A stretch of DNA of 64,000 nucleotides from Gammaproteobacteria bacterium (lineage in GTDB: Bacteria; Pseudomonadota; Gammaproteobacteria; Burkholderiales; SHXO01). The notes under the pieces were generated by a model. The model saw only the letters and a list, made by a program, of their open reading frames with translations, did no database searches and was not told the origin of the DNA. Below, piece by piece: positions 8,501 to 17,460 of the stretch. Numbering within the stretch: the stretch's first letter is position 1; every line of letters starts with the position of its first letter. The DNA lies in contig JBGPMS010000001.1 of NCBI GenBank assembly GCA_041487115.1, positions 908 to 64,907 on the forward strand. The letters run 5' to 3'. A program made the translations under genes and the position numbers.

Positions 8501-9347
8501 CAGCGAGGGCAAGGACCTGCCGTCGGTCGACCTCACGGCGGACGACTTCCGCGTGGGCCGACGCCAGTTCGGCAAGCTGTCGCTGCAGGCCGTACCAAAC
8601 GGTGCGGACTGGCACATCGAGCGGCTCGACCTGACCAATCCGGATTGCACGCTCAGCCTCACCGGCCTGTGGCAGGCCTGGTCCGTGAGCCCGCGCACGC
8701 AGCTCAATGTCAAGCTCGAGGTCAACGATATCGGCCGCTTCTTCGCGCGTACCGAGCTGCCGCAGGGCATCCAGGGCGGCAAGGCCAAGCTGGAGGGGCC
8801 GCTCTCCTGGTCAGGCCCCCCTTATGCGCTCGATCTGCCCACGCTGTCCGGTCAGCTAGCTTTGACGGCCAACAAGGGGCGCTTCGTGAAAATCGACCCC
8901 GGTATCGGCAAGCTGCTGTCGGTGGTAAGCCTGCAGACGCTCCCCAAGGTGGTGACACTCGACTTTACCGACATCTTCAGCGAAGGTTTCGCTTTCGAGC
9001 AGATCTCCAGCAACGTCGAGATCGCGCATGGCGTCGCCCGGACCCGCAACTTCAACATGGAGGGCTCGGCGGCCCGGGTGGAGATGAAGGGGGAGGTGAA
9101 TCTGGCGGCCGAGACCCAGGAGCTCGATGTGAGGATCTTTCCGGCCTTGAGCGACAGCGTGGCGTTGGGTACCGCGCTGGTCAACCCGATATTCGGACTA
9201 GGCGCGTGGGTGCTGCAGAAGGCGCTACGGGACCCGCTGAGCCATATGCTGTCGTTCCAGTACCACGTGGCCGGAACGTGGACCGCGCCTACTGTCAAGA
9301 AGATAAGGCGCGAGCCGGTGCCGCAGGTGCCGTCCGGGCGCAGATGA
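5511..9347 (+). CDS. yhdP: YhdP-family (AsmA-like, DUF3971) large envelope protein
   Basis: 1278 aa. N-terminal TM segment followed by YWVLPHIDDYRPNI, which parallels E. coli YhdP ALPHLDAWRPEI. The long beta-rich body and a C-terminus ending ...HVAGTWTAPTV are typical of the family. Confidence 0.8.
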   Translation: MPLRLAFHLFKHGSLWVYRLSTFAVLAAGVLFASMVLLLRYWVLPHIDDYRPNIVAGLTRAAHQRIEIGRIEGEWDGYRPRLILRDVRLLDERGQERLKLEEVDSTLAWLSLFAGELRFYSIELEQLSLEIRIDTGGNLLVAGIPVGQSGGERGLGDWLLEQHRIVVRDSELIWVDERLGGTPLELEDVEVLVEQRFWTHRFGLRAKPPLEVASPIDFRGDLHGRSFSNLSGWAGRLYLGIGYANLAALRPWFKLPMHTTEGSGSLQIWGTLQRGQPGEITADVGLANVHARLREDLPELELSHLRGRLGWRSDPTGISIWARGLSFTTPDGVDLPPADISYSRTLPGASRPLESEVAFDAVELDALTRLIDRLPLDAALRTRLAEVNPRGQLRDFHLHWRDSFSWSGPYDVRGRFEDVAVSPTGSLPGISHVTGRLDGSERGGSILLNAAATELVMPSVFVGTLPLDRLEARASWTVSGGVPNIALERVAVSNKDIAGEVSGRYQVVPGGPGIIDVKGKFGQVTGQGAWRYIPLMVAEPVRQWLRRAIVSVSASDVQVTLRGDLRNFPWGRTGDGLFEVSGAVQDGTLAYHTSWPRVEGLQGRIALRGSRLEVTANAGSVFGTRLSGVTALIPDLGSSDPLLEVHGEAEGPTSDFLRFVQESPVQERVGDLTDGMRASGRGRLSLRIDIPLHRTVDGQVTGTYVFADNTLDAGEGLPVLEQLSGRLVFTQDDASLRDGAARVYGVPARFTVAREGSGSVRIKAMGQVEAAQLRREINQPWLAHLTGSTDWQFAASLGGRRHDFVIESNLVGIASSLPTPFAKTAKERVALRIERRERTRANDLVTIAYGDHLSAQLVVDKAGKARISRGEIVLGGTAPAPQRDGIWIAGALERVDLDQWQDLLSQPGTGAGEGNAGLAGIDLSVSLVRAFSRDFHDVRFDATRSESAWSAKLDSREITGDLKWLPEGDGLLVGRFGRLELPPSTAEVEPEPVNAQPSEGKDLPSVDLTADDFRVGRRQFGKLSLQAVPNGADWHIERLDLTNPDCTLSLTGLWQAWSVSPRTQLNVKLEVNDIGRFFARTELPQGIQGGKAKLEGPLSWSGPPYALDLPTLSGQLALTANKGRFVKIDPGIGKLLSVVSLQTLPKVVTLDFTDIFSEGFAFEQISSNVEIAHGVARTRNFNMEGSAARVEMKGEVNLAAETQELDVRIFPALSDSVALGTALVNPIFGLGAWVLQKALRDPLSHMLSFQYHVAGTWTAPTVKKIRREPVPQVPSGRR

Positions 9348-10306
9348 CACTGCCAAAGGCAGACTCGATGAAGAAGGCATCCGGCAAGACCAGAGTTCCT
9401 CCGACCGCCCGCTCCGGGTTCGGACGGGCGCGCCCGCGCTCGAGCGAGGCACAGGCCGAAGGCAAGAGCGAGCCGCCGACGGAGAACCAGGCGGCACCGG
9501 TCTTCCGCATCGCGGGCATACAGATGGCCTCCGGCCCCAATGTCTCGGCCAATCTCAACGAAGCCAGGCGACTCATCGAGATGGCGGTAGAGCAGGGCGC
9601 CAGGCTGATCGCGCTGCCCGAATGGTTCGCGTGCATGGGTTTGAAGGACACGGACAAGGTGGCCCTGCGCGAGAAGGACGGTGACGGCCCGATCCAGAAG
9701 TTCCTGTCCGACATGGCGCGCCGCCAGAAAATCTGGTTGATCGGCTGCTCGGTCCCGCTCCAGGCGCCGGAGCCCAACCGCGTACACAACAGCATGCTGG
9801 TATACGACGACCACGGCAAACAGGTTGCACGCTACGACAAGATCCACCTGTTCAGCCTGGATCTGGGGCAGGAGCGATTCTCCGAGGAGCGCACCATCTA
9901 CCCGGGCAAGGACGTGAAGGTGGTAGACACACCGTTCGGGCGCGTGGGGCTGTCGGTGTGTTACGACCTGCGCTTCCCCGAGCTGTACCGGGCCATGAAA
10001 GCGGTGGACGTGATCGTGGTGCCGTCTGCTTTCACCGAAACGACCGGGCGCGCGCACTGGGAGGCGCTGATCCGGGCGCGCGCCATCGAAAACCTGGCCT
10101 ACGTCCTGGCCCCGGCCCAGGGCGGGTATCATCTGAGCGGGCGCGAGACCCACGGACACAGCATGATCGTGGACCCCTGGGGTGTGGTGCTCGATCGCCT
10201 GCCGCGCGGCTCCGGCATAGTGATCGCGGGGATCAACCCCACTTACCAGGCGCATCTGCGCGAGAGCCTGCCGGCGCTGAAGCACCGTACGATACACAGG
10301 ATCTAG
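9344..10306 (+). CDS. carbon-nitrogen hydrolase family protein (nitrilase/omega-amidase-like)
   Basis: FRIAGIQMASG...LIALPEWF...GLSVCYDLRFPELYR show the catalytic E/K/C context. The ATG at 9344 overlaps the yhdP TGA (ATGA). The first ~50 aa are a low-complexity extension, so the start is uncertain. The rest of track ORF 8354..10306 is out-of-frame overlap with yhdP. Confidence 0.8.
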   Translation: MTLPKADSMKKASGKTRVPPTARSGFGRARPRSSEAQAEGKSEPPTENQAAPVFRIAGIQMASGPNVSANLNEARRLIEMAVEQGARLIALPEWFACMGLKDTDKVALREKDGDGPIQKFLSDMARRQKIWLIGCSVPLQAPEPNRVHNSMLVYDDHGKQVARYDKIHLFSLDLGQERFSEERTIYPGKDVKVVDTPFGRVGLSVCYDLRFPELYRAMKAVDVIVVPSAFTETTGRAHWEALIRARAIENLAYVLAPAQGGYHLSGRETHGHSMIVDPWGVVLDRLPRGSGIVIAGINPTYQAHLRESLPALKHRTIHRI

Positions 10307-10337
10307 GGGTGAGGGATTAGGGGCGAGGGGCGAGGGA
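10304..10337 (+). repeat. G-rich degenerate heptamer cluster (left arm of an inverted repeat pair)
   Basis: TAGGGGTGAGGGATTAGGGGCGAGGGGCGAGGGA: five G3-4 tracts. AGGGGCGAGGGGCGAGGG is the exact complement of units in the right-hand array. Confidence 0.85.
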
Positions 10338-10443
10338 TCGCTGTCGGGTATTTACCTCAACTGGTTGAATCTGGAAGTGGTTACCCGCACGTAAGAATCT
10401 CGCGCAGATAACGAGCTCCCATGGCTGTTAGACCGTCAATCCA

Positions 10444-10513
10444 TCGCCCCTCGCCCCTCGCCCCTCGCCCCTCGCCCCTAGCCCCTAGCCCCTAGCCCCT
10501 AGCCCCTAGCCCC
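10444..10513 (+). repeat. perfect 7-bp tandem array: 5 x TCGCCCC followed by 5 x TAGCCCC
   Basis: Counted base by base. The array ends 7 nt before the tldD ATG. The minus strand reads (GGGGCTA)5(GGGGCGA)5. Confidence 0.95.
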
Positions 10514-10520
10514 TCTACAC

Positions 10521-11978
10521 ATGAACGCACCCTCGAACACTGAATTCCTCTTCGCCACCGCCGATCGGACCTTGCTGGCACCCTATGGCCTCGATGCCGG
10601 CGGGCTCACCCAGGTGTTTGGCCGCATCATGGCGCACCAGGTCGACGCCGCCGACCTGTACTTCCAGTACAGCCGCAGCGAGAGTTGGAGCCTGGAGGAA
10701 GGCATCGTCAAGTCGGGCAGTTTCAACATCGACCAGGGCGTGGGAGTGCGCGCCGTGAGCGGGGAGAAGACCGCCTTCGCCTACTCCGACGACATCAGCT
10801 TGCCGGCCTTGCGCGCGGCGGCCGAAGCCACGCGCGCGATCGCGCGGCAAGGCGGTGATGTGCGCGCTCAGGTCGCGCGGCGAAATGAGGGCCGCAGCCT
10901 GTACCTGCCCGAGGATCCGCTGGGGAGCCTGGAAGACCCGAGGAAAGTCGCGCTGCTGGAGACGATCGAGCGCTACGCCCGCGCACGTGACCCGCGCGTG
11001 AAGCAGGTGATCGCCAGCCTGGCGGGAGAGTATGAGGTCATGCTGGTGGCGCGCTCGGACGGCGTAATGGCGGCCGACGTGCGCCCGCTGGTGCGGCTGT
11101 CCTTGCAGGTCATCGCCGAAGAGAACGGGCGCCGCGAGCAGGGCTCCGCTGGTGGCGGCGGACGTTTCGACTACGACTATTTCACCGATGAGATGGTGCA
11201 GAGCTACGCGGAGAAGGCGGTCGAGCAGGCCATCGTCAACCTCAGCGCCCGGCCGGCGCCGGCCGGCACCATGACCGTGGTGCTCGGCCCGGGCTGGCCC
11301 GGTGTCCTGCTGCACGAAGCGATCGGACATGGCCTGGAGGGGGACTTCAATCGCAAGGGAAGCTCCGCCTTCACCGGCCGCATTGGCGAGCGTGTGGCGG
11401 CGCCGGGCGTGACCGTCGTGGACGACGGCACCCTGCACCGGCGGCGCGGGTCGTTGAACATCGACGACGAGGGCAACCCGACGCAGCGCACCGTGCTGAT
11501 CGAAGACGGCGTGCTCAAGGCATACATGCAGGACGCGCTCAACGCGCGGCTGATGGGCGTACCGGTCACTGGCAATGGCCGGCGCGAGTCCTTCGCTCAC
11601 GTGCCCATGCCGCGCATGACCAACACCTACATGCTGGCCGGCGACAAGGATCCAGAGGAGATCATCGCCTCGGTCCAGCGTGGCCTCTACGCCAAGAACT
11701 TCGGCGGCGGGCAGGTGGACATCGTGAGCGGCAAGTTCGTGTTCTCCGCGTCGGAAGCGTACATGATCGAGGACGGCAAGATCACCTATCCGGTCAAGGG
11801 CGCCACGCTCATCGGGAATGGCCCCGACGCGCTCACCCGCGTGAGCATGATCGGCAACGACCTGGCGCTCGATCCCGGCGTGGGCACCTGCGGCAAGGAA
11901 GGGCAGAGCGTGCCGGTGGGAGTGGGCCAGCCCACGCTGCGCATCGATGCGCTCACCGTGGGCGGCACCGCCTCCTAG
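10521..11978 (+). CDS. tldD: metalloprotease TldD
   Basis: 485 aa with the [16 protein letters not shown] zinc motif and overall TldD/PmbA family features. Confidence 0.9.
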   Translation: MNAPSNTEFLFATADRTLLAPYGLDAGGLTQVFGRIMAHQVDAADLYFQYSRSESWSLEEGIVKSGSFNIDQGVGVRAVSGEKTAFAYSDDISLPALRAAAEATRAIARQGGDVRAQVARRNEGRSLYLPEDPLGSLEDPRKVALLETIERYARARDPRVKQVIASLAGEYEVMLVARSDGVMAADVRPLVRLSLQVIAEENGRREQGSAGGGGRFDYDYFTDEMVQSYAEKAVEQAIVNLSARPAPAGTMTVVLGPGWPGVLLHEAIGHGLEGDFNRKGSSAFTGRIGERVAAPGVTVVDDGTLHRRRGSLNIDDEGNPTQRTVLIEDGVLKAYMQDALNARLMGVPVTGNGRRESFAHVPMPRMTNTYMLAGDKDPEEIIASVQRGLYAKNFGGGQVDIVSGKFVFSASEAYMIEDGKITYPVKGATLIGNGPDALTRVSMIGNDLALDPGVGTCGKEGQSVPVGVGQPTLRIDALTVGGTAS

Positions 11979-12469
11979 AGACCAGGCACGCCGGCAGGCG
12001 GGCGGCGCGCGACCCAAGTCGAGCTGCCTCAGTTCTCCAGCTCGCGCGTGCAGTCGTGCCTCCAGCTGCGCGCGGGGAACGCGATGAACCTCCGGGAAGG
12101 TCTCGGGCACGGGGTAGCCCGACAGCATCTTGATGGCGGTGAACAGCTCCAGGAGAAGCTGGGCGAGGGGTTGGTCCGGCACGAGCGTCCTCGTGAGCGC
12201 GAGTTGCGGTCGATCGTTCCGGACTCGAGCCCGGCCGCGCCTGCTCGAATGGTCAGGACCAGTTGTATTTGTCGCGTTGGCGCCGGTTCAAATAGTGGAG
12301 CGCAGGAGCGACCGGTGTCAACTCCCGTCCGCGGGACCGAGGTTGGCGAGGGGCCAGACCGCGTTGCTCGCGCAGGACGTCTCGCCGTTGGTTCACACCC
12401 CCCTGCTAGAATGCTGCCTCGCCGCCTCGCTCACGCTTGAGTTCCTTGCCCCAAGCTCCGCACCTCACC

Positions 12470-13588
12470 ATGATCCTCATACTAAGCGACAATGCCGACC
12501 GCAAGAGCCCCGAGTACGCGCAGCTCATGGGCGCTCTGCACCGCCTGCCCGGCATCGAGGTCAAGGTGCATCGCATCGAGGGCGAGTTGCGCGCGGTGAC
12601 CGAGGTCTATCTCATCGGCGACACCAAGCAGCTCTCGATCGAGGAGATGCAGGCGCTGCCCCTGGTGGAGCGGGTCGTTCGCGTATCGGAGGAGTACCGC
12701 ATCCTCGGCCGCCACAAGGACGACGGCCGGCCCAGCCACTTCGAGTATCAGGGCTTGCGCTTTGGTCAGGACACCCTGCACGTGTTCGCCGGGCTGTGCG
12801 CGGTGGACACACCTCACCACGTGGAGCAGATGTGCCGCGCGCTGCGCGACAACGGTCAGGTGTGCACGCGCATGGGAGCCTACAAGCCGCGCACCAGTCC
12901 CTACTCGTTCCAAGGGCACGGGCGCTCCTGCCTCGATTATGTGTTCGACATCGCGGGGAAGTACGGCATCAAGGTCATCGCCATGGAGGTGACCCATGAG
13001 TCGCACGTGACAGAGATCCGCGACGCGCTGCGCCAGACCGGCAGCCCCACCGGCGTGATGCTGCAGATCGGCACCCGCAACACGCAGAACTTCGAGCTGC
13101 TCAAGGCAGTCGGGCGGCAACAGGACTTTCCGGTTCTGCTCAAGCGCGGTTTCGGGATCACCCTGGACGAATCGTTGAACGCGGCGGAGTACCTGGCGAG
13201 CGAGGGCAACGGCAAGGTGGTGTTCGGCCTGCGCGGCATGAAGACCAACATGGGCGATCCGCACCGCAACTTCGTGGACTTCGCTCACGTCCCGGTGGTG
13301 AGGCGGCTCACGCGCATGCCGGTGTGTGTCGATCCGTCTCACTCGGTCGGTTCCCGTGCGCGAGCGCCCGACGGCATCCTGGATGTGATGCACGTGACGG
13401 CCCAGGCGGTGTCGTCTGGAGCGAACATGGTATTGGTGGACTTTCACCCCGATCCCGCCAAAGCGCTGGTGGACGGGCCCCAGGCGCTGCTTCTATCCGA
13501 GCTGCCCTATTTCCTCGAGGACGTGGGCATCGCTCGGGATGCCTATCGGCGCCGCGTAGACGCGGCGAGGCGCCACCGGGACGGCTGA
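12470..13588 (+). CDS. 3-deoxy-7-phosphoheptulonate (DAHP) synthase, class I-beta type with N-terminal regulatory domain
   Basis: MGAYKPRTSPYSFQG, LQIGTRNTQNFELLKAVG, VLLKRG and VCVDPSHS motifs of the DAHPS/KDO8PS family. ATG at 12470 preferred over the TTG at 12437. Confidence 0.8.
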   Translation: MILILSDNADRKSPEYAQLMGALHRLPGIEVKVHRIEGELRAVTEVYLIGDTKQLSIEEMQALPLVERVVRVSEEYRILGRHKDDGRPSHFEYQGLRFGQDTLHVFAGLCAVDTPHHVEQMCRALRDNGQVCTRMGAYKPRTSPYSFQGHGRSCLDYVFDIAGKYGIKVIAMEVTHESHVTEIRDALRQTGSPTGVMLQIGTRNTQNFELLKAVGRQQDFPVLLKRGFGITLDESLNAAEYLASEGNGKVVFGLRGMKTNMGDPHRNFVDFAHVPVVRRLTRMPVCVDPSHSVGSRARAPDGILDVMHVTAQAVSSGANMVLVDFHPDPAKALVDGPQALLLSELPYFLEDVGIARDAYRRRVDAARRHRDG

Positions 13589-13707
13589 GGCGGGAGCACT
13601 GCCGAGGCCGGCGGGCCGGGTGCCGGTTTTGCCAAACCCCTGCTCCTTAACGCATAATCGCCGGGTTTCCCGCATTGCCACCGGAATCATCCGGGTCCGA
13701 ACAGCCT

Positions 13708-14229
13708 ATGGCCGAACCTGCGAAAAACACTTTGCTCAACAGCCTGGAGCATCTGGGCGAGGGCACTGCGTTGGCCCAGCAGATCTTCGACATGATCGGC
13801 CACTCGAAATTCTTCGCCGATTTCAGTCGCGACGACGTGCAGATGCTGGCCGGGTTCATGCAGGTCTATCGCGCCGAGCCGGGCAGCATGATCATCCGCG
13901 AGGGTGACATCGACGATTACATGCTGCTTATCATCCAGGGCAAGGTAGACATCGTGAAGACCGACAAGCGCGGCGTGATCCAGGCCATGACCAGCGTCGG
14001 CCCCGGCATGACTCTGGGCGAGATGTCCATGATCGACGGCGAGCCTCGTTTCGCCACCTGCATCGCGGTGGAACCCACCACCTTCGCCGTGTTGTCGCGT
14101 GACGCGATGGTCCGCATCATCCTGGAAGAGCCGGCGCTGGGCGCCAAGCTCCTCATCAAGCTCGTGACCCTGCTGTCCCAGCGCCTGCGCCAGACCAGCT
14201 CGACGCTCTTGCACTACATGGAACGGTGA
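13708..14229 (+). CDS. cyclic-nucleotide-binding domain protein
   Basis: cNMP-binding beta-barrel signature: IIREGDIDDYMLLIIQGKVDI...GPGMTLGEMSMIDGEPRFATCIA. ATG at 13708 preferred over the TTG at 13675. Confidence 0.75.
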   Translation: MAEPAKNTLLNSLEHLGEGTALAQQIFDMIGHSKFFADFSRDDVQMLAGFMQVYRAEPGSMIIREGDIDDYMLLIIQGKVDIVKTDKRGVIQAMTSVGPGMTLGEMSMIDGEPRFATCIAVEPTTFAVLSRDAMVRIILEEPALGAKLLIKLVTLLSQRLRQTSSTLLHYMER

Positions 14230-14384
14230 GCATCGCGCCCTTGCGTGATGCCCCGTTCCCGTAGCCGTTCCCGGGTTCAGTAGTGTTCGAGCGTGTCAGT
14301 CGACAGGGTTTAGTTCGCGGGTGTTCGGAGGCTGTCGGGATCGGGATCGGGTACGAGTACGGGATCGGCTAGGGGCGCACAGCA

Positions 14385-15107
14385 CTAAAGCCCGATCCGT
14401 TGTCCCTTGTAGATCACCGGACCCGTGGGCAGCCCGGTAGGCGACCCGCCTGCAGGCTCGACGCTCATCGCCAGGCCCCAGGCGCTGTTGATCACCGGCA
14501 CCAGTTTCTGCGGTATCACCAGTTCCTGCGTCGGGTCGGTGTTGATCAGGCCCAGCGACACCGGTTTCTGGTCGCCGCCGGGAATCATCCATAGTTCCCA
14601 GGCCGTACCGGTCGGCATCTCGGCATGCCCGAGGACGCGGATGCGCAGCTTTGGGTGACCCTTCTGCTGCGTAGGCCAGGAGACGCTTAGGGCGGGGGTG
14701 GACTTGTCGTCCGACATGACCACCACCATCGTGTCCGGCCGGTGCGTGGCCGGCGTGATCACCGCCAGCGTCACCGCGAGCGCCACGGCCACCGCGGCGC
14801 TGGCGAGCGCGGCACCGCGCCAGAATCCCAGGTTTGCCCAGAAGCCGCGGGACCCTGCCAGCGCCCGGCGCCGAGAGCCGGCCTGGATGCGATCCCGGAT
14901 CGCCCGCCACACGCGTGCCGGTGGCTGCATTGGTTCGATCAGCGCGTCCAGAGGAGCCAGGCGTCTTTGCCATTGCGCCACCAGCTGCCGCAGCCGCGGA
15001 TCGTCCTTCAACGATCGCTCGAAGCGGCGGCGCGCACGCCCCTGCAGCGTGCCGAGGGCATATTCGGCCGCCAGGGCGTCGCGGACATGTTCGCTCTGGT
15101 ATTTCAC
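14385..15107 (-). CDS. anti-sigma factor (RskA-like, single TM)
   Basis: N-terminal ALAAEYALGTLQGRARRRFERSL...WQRRLAPL, a central TM segment, and a position 14 nt downstream of the ECF sigma gene. Confidence 0.75.
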   Translation of the reverse strand: MKYQSEHVRDALAAEYALGTLQGRARRRFERSLKDDPRLRQLVAQWQRRLAPLDALIEPMQPPARVWRAIRDRIQAGSRRRALAGSRGFWANLGFWRGAALASAAVAVALAVTLAVITPATHRPDTMVVVMSDDKSTPALSVSWPTQQKGHPKLRIRVLGHAEMPTGTAWELWMIPGGDQKPVSLGLINTDPTQELVIPQKLVPVINSAWGLAMSVEPAGGSPTGLPTGPVIYKGQRIGL

Positions 15108-15120
15108 GATGCGGTCTCGA

Positions 15121-15681
15121 TCACGCGGCTTTGCCGTCCATGCAGCCCTTGAGCCGATCCAGCCCGCGACGAATCCAGGTCTTTACCGTACCCAGCGGCT
15201 CTTTGAGATGGCTGGCAAGCTCGCCGTGCGACAGGCCGTGCGCGTAGGCCAGCATGATGGTCTGGCGCTGGTTGCCGCTCAGTTGCTTCAGGCATTCCGC
15301 CAACGCCCGTGCGTCGCGGCTGTTGCCCAGCACCACGTCCGCGCCCGGGGCATCGTCGGGGAGCGCTTCGACGAGCAGATCGTAGTCCTCGTCGCCTTGC
15401 TCGAGGTTGGGCCGCCGCAGCCAGTCCAGCGCCCGGTTGCGTACTATGGCGGTCATCCATGTCATCGGTGCGCTGCGAGCGACGCTGTAGTCGGCAATGT
15501 GGTTCCAGATGTTGACGAAGCTCTCCTGCAAGACCTCTTCGGCCCAGTCGTCCCGTCTCAATATACGGATGGCAACGCCGTATAGTTTCGGTGCGGCGTG
15601 GCGATACAGTTCGGCGAATGCCCGCTGGTCACGCAGCGCGCAACGCGCCATCAAATCGGTCAGTGCGTCGGTATCGGCCAC
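15121..15681 (-). CDS. ECF-type RNA polymerase sigma-70 family factor
   Basis: Region 2 (WAEEVLQESFVNIWNH) and region 4 (LSGNQRQTIMLAYAHGLSHGELASHLKEPLGTVKTWIRRGL) are present. Confidence 0.85.
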   Translation of the reverse strand: MADTDALTDLMARCALRDQRAFAELYRHAAPKLYGVAIRILRRDDWAEEVLQESFVNIWNHIADYSVARSAPMTWMTAIVRNRALDWLRRPNLEQGDEDYDLLVEALPDDAPGADVVLGNSRDARALAECLKQLSGNQRQTIMLAYAHGLSHGELASHLKEPLGTVKTWIRRGLDRLKGCMDGKAA

Positions 15682-15721
15682 GATGTCGAAGGGCAGTGCG
15701 TGAGGGCGATCGGGCCGAGGG

Positions 15722-16285
15722 TCAGTCCCCCGCTACGGGGTTGCGGCCCTTCTGCCACAGGACGTCGCCGTGCCCGTCGCGCCGGTTGATGACTCGGCTC
15801 AGCACGAACAGCAAGTCGGACAGGCGGTTCACGTATTGCACACAATACGCAGAGAGCGGCTCGGCGGATGCAAGGGCGACCAGCCGGCGCTCGGCGCGCC
15901 GGCACACCGTGCGAGCCTGGTGGGACAGCGCGGCGGCGCGGCTGCCGCCCGGCAGGATGAAGTCCTTGAGCGGCGGCAGGTCCGCGTTGTAGTGATCCAG
16001 AACCTGCTCCAGGCGGCTGACGTGCGCCGGCTGGACGCGGTTGTGCCCCGGGATGGAAAGCTCGCCCCCCAGCTCGAACAGGTCGTGCTGCGCGCCGGTC
16101 AGGGCGTCGCGCAGGTCTTCGCCCAGGGGCTCGGCCAGCAGCAGGCCGATGGCGCTGTTCAACTCGTCCACCGCACCGATGGCCTCGATGCGCAGGCTGT
16201 CCTTGGGCGTGCGGGAGCCGTCGCCCAGTCCGGTCTGGCCGGAGTCACCGGTGCGCGTATAGATTCGGGTCAGGCGGTGTCCCAT
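15722..16285 (-). CDS. ATP:cob(I)alamin adenosyltransferase, PduO/MMAB type
   Basis: RIYTRTGDSGQTGL...IEAIGAVDELNSAIG...LPGGSRAAALSHQARTVCRRAER. Confidence 0.85.
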   Translation of the reverse strand: MGHRLTRIYTRTGDSGQTGLGDGSRTPKDSLRIEAIGAVDELNSAIGLLLAEPLGEDLRDALTGAQHDLFELGGELSIPGHNRVQPAHVSRLEQVLDHYNADLPPLKDFILPGGSRAAALSHQARTVCRRAERRLVALASAEPLSAYCVQYVNRLSDLLFVLSRVINRRDGHGDVLWQKGRNPVAGD

Positions 16286-16384
16286 CGTCGTGGCAGACCT
16301 CTATTCGTGGCGGAGGCCGGCATCGCGGTCGGATGCGGCGCCGGGGATTATAGGCGCTCGCCGCAGGCCTGACCAACGCACAGG

Positions 16385-17308
16385 TCAGCCGCCGAGCTCT
16401 TCCACTTCGAGCTGAAGGTAGCGGTGCAGGACATTCTGGCGGTGCAGTGAGGGATACATGGACCAGCCCGCGTAGGCGGGCAGGGTGGCGACATCGACCG
16501 CGTCGATCAAACCGGCGCCAGCCTTGTACAGCGCCTGCACCCTTTCATCCAGCGCGCGCAGGTAGGAGGCGGTGGCCTGGATGATTTCCGAGCCGCCAGC
16601 CGGGCCGTGGCCGGGCACGATCACACGAGCGCGGACGCGGCCCAGCTGGTCGAGCGCCTGCAGCCAACTATCGAGCTTGCCGTCGCGCAGCGCGGGAATG
16701 CGCCCGGCGGACACCAGTCCACCGGCGAACAGCACGCCGCTGTCGCGGTCGAGCACGGCCATGTCGCCCGGAGTGCTGGCCCATCCGAAGTACAGCAGCT
16801 CGAGAGTGCGACCTGCCACTTCGAGGGTAATCGACTGGTCCACGGTTTTTTCCGGCAACACGAGTCGTGTCCCGGCCATGGCCTGTGCTCCGAGGATCTT
16901 GCGCAGATTCTCCAGGCAATGCTGACAGCGCTCGCGCATCAGCTCAACCGATTTCGCGTGAGCGAGGAGCGGCGCGCCCAGCTCGGCGAAGGCGGCGTTG
17001 CCGAACAGGAACTCCTGTACCGCGTGGGTGTTGACGACGAGCTCCACCGGCTTGTCGGAGATGCGGCGGATCGCCTCGATCATCGCCTGGCCGTGGCGAA
17101 AGGAGACGCCGGTATCGATCACGATCACGCCGGAACTGCCGACGATGAAGCCCGAGTTGCCGGTCTCGCCGCCATTGTCGGGTCCGATCTCGCCCAGATC
17201 GCCGATGAACGCGTAGACGCCTTCGCCGACCTGGATCGGCTGAAGTGCGTGGGCCGGTGGCAGCGAAACGCCAATCAGCAGCAGGCAGGCGAGCGAACAG
17301 CGCAGCAT
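16385..17308 (-). CDS. secreted MBL-fold protein, 'quinoprotein relay system metallohydrolase 1'-like, with a degenerate zinc motif
   Basis: Start moved to the ATG at 17308, giving signal peptide MLRCSLACLLLIGVSLPPAHA. MBL fold (VIVIDTG...VPGHG), but VVNTHAVQEFLFG replaces HxHxDH. Confidence 0.65.
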   Translation of the reverse strand: MLRCSLACLLLIGVSLPPAHALQPIQVGEGVYAFIGDLGEIGPDNGGETGNSGFIVGSSGVIVIDTGVSFRHGQAMIEAIRRISDKPVELVVNTHAVQEFLFGNAAFAELGAPLLAHAKSVELMRERCQHCLENLRKILGAQAMAGTRLVLPEKTVDQSITLEVAGRTLELLYFGWASTPGDMAVLDRDSGVLFAGGLVSAGRIPALRDGKLDSWLQALDQLGRVRARVIVPGHGPAGGSEIIQATASYLRALDERVQALYKAGAGLIDAVDVATLPAYAGWSMYPSLHRQNVLHRYLQLEVEELGG

Positions 17309-17460
17309 CGGACGAGATTCGGCGGACTGGGCGGAAGTCGATACCGCGGTCACGTTACTGGAGTTGAACCGGCCAGGCAATCGCGCCGGTTGCCGGACGT
17401 TTGCGGTGTGGCCGGCTTTGCGGCATGCTTGCGCGCCCGCACAACTCATTATCCACCACG

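Noticed and set aside
5523-8615. Long minus-strand ORFs (587 aa at 5523-7286, 423 aa at 7344-8615) opposite yhdP
   Set aside because: They are antisense to a well-supported 1278-aa gene. Their products are Arg/Ala/Gly/Pro-rich low-complexity sequence with no motifs, the usual stop-codon-poor antisense frames of high-GC DNA.
8354-9343. N-terminal 330 codons of track ORF 8354..10306
   Set aside because: This part overlaps yhdP out of frame and is Arg/Pro/Gly-rich. Only the part from the ATG at 9344 onward shows C-N hydrolase similarity.
10444-10513. Possible CRISPR array
   Set aside because: The repeat unit is only 7 bp with no spacers, and no cas genes are nearby. It is a microsatellite-like tandem array, not a CRISPR.
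10515-12182. 555-aa minus-strand ORF
   Set aside because: Almost entirely antisense to tldD, which has the HEAIGH motif. It starts at a GTG in the intergenic region and has no recognisable domain.
11979-12469. About 490-bp region between tldD and the DAHP synthase gene with only weak ORFs (12048-12440 plus, 12130-12999 plus)
   Set aside because: The ORF products are low-complexity with no motifs. A TAGAAT hexamer at about 12405 has no properly spaced -35. An sRNA or leader may exist but cannot be supported from sequence alone.
14296-15585. Overlapping alternative-frame ORFs around the sigma/anti-sigma pair (14296-14973 minus, 14698-15585 plus, and others)
   Set aside because: They overlap the anti-sigma and ECF sigma genes, which have clear region 2/4 and anti-sigma N-terminal signatures, and they have no features of their own.
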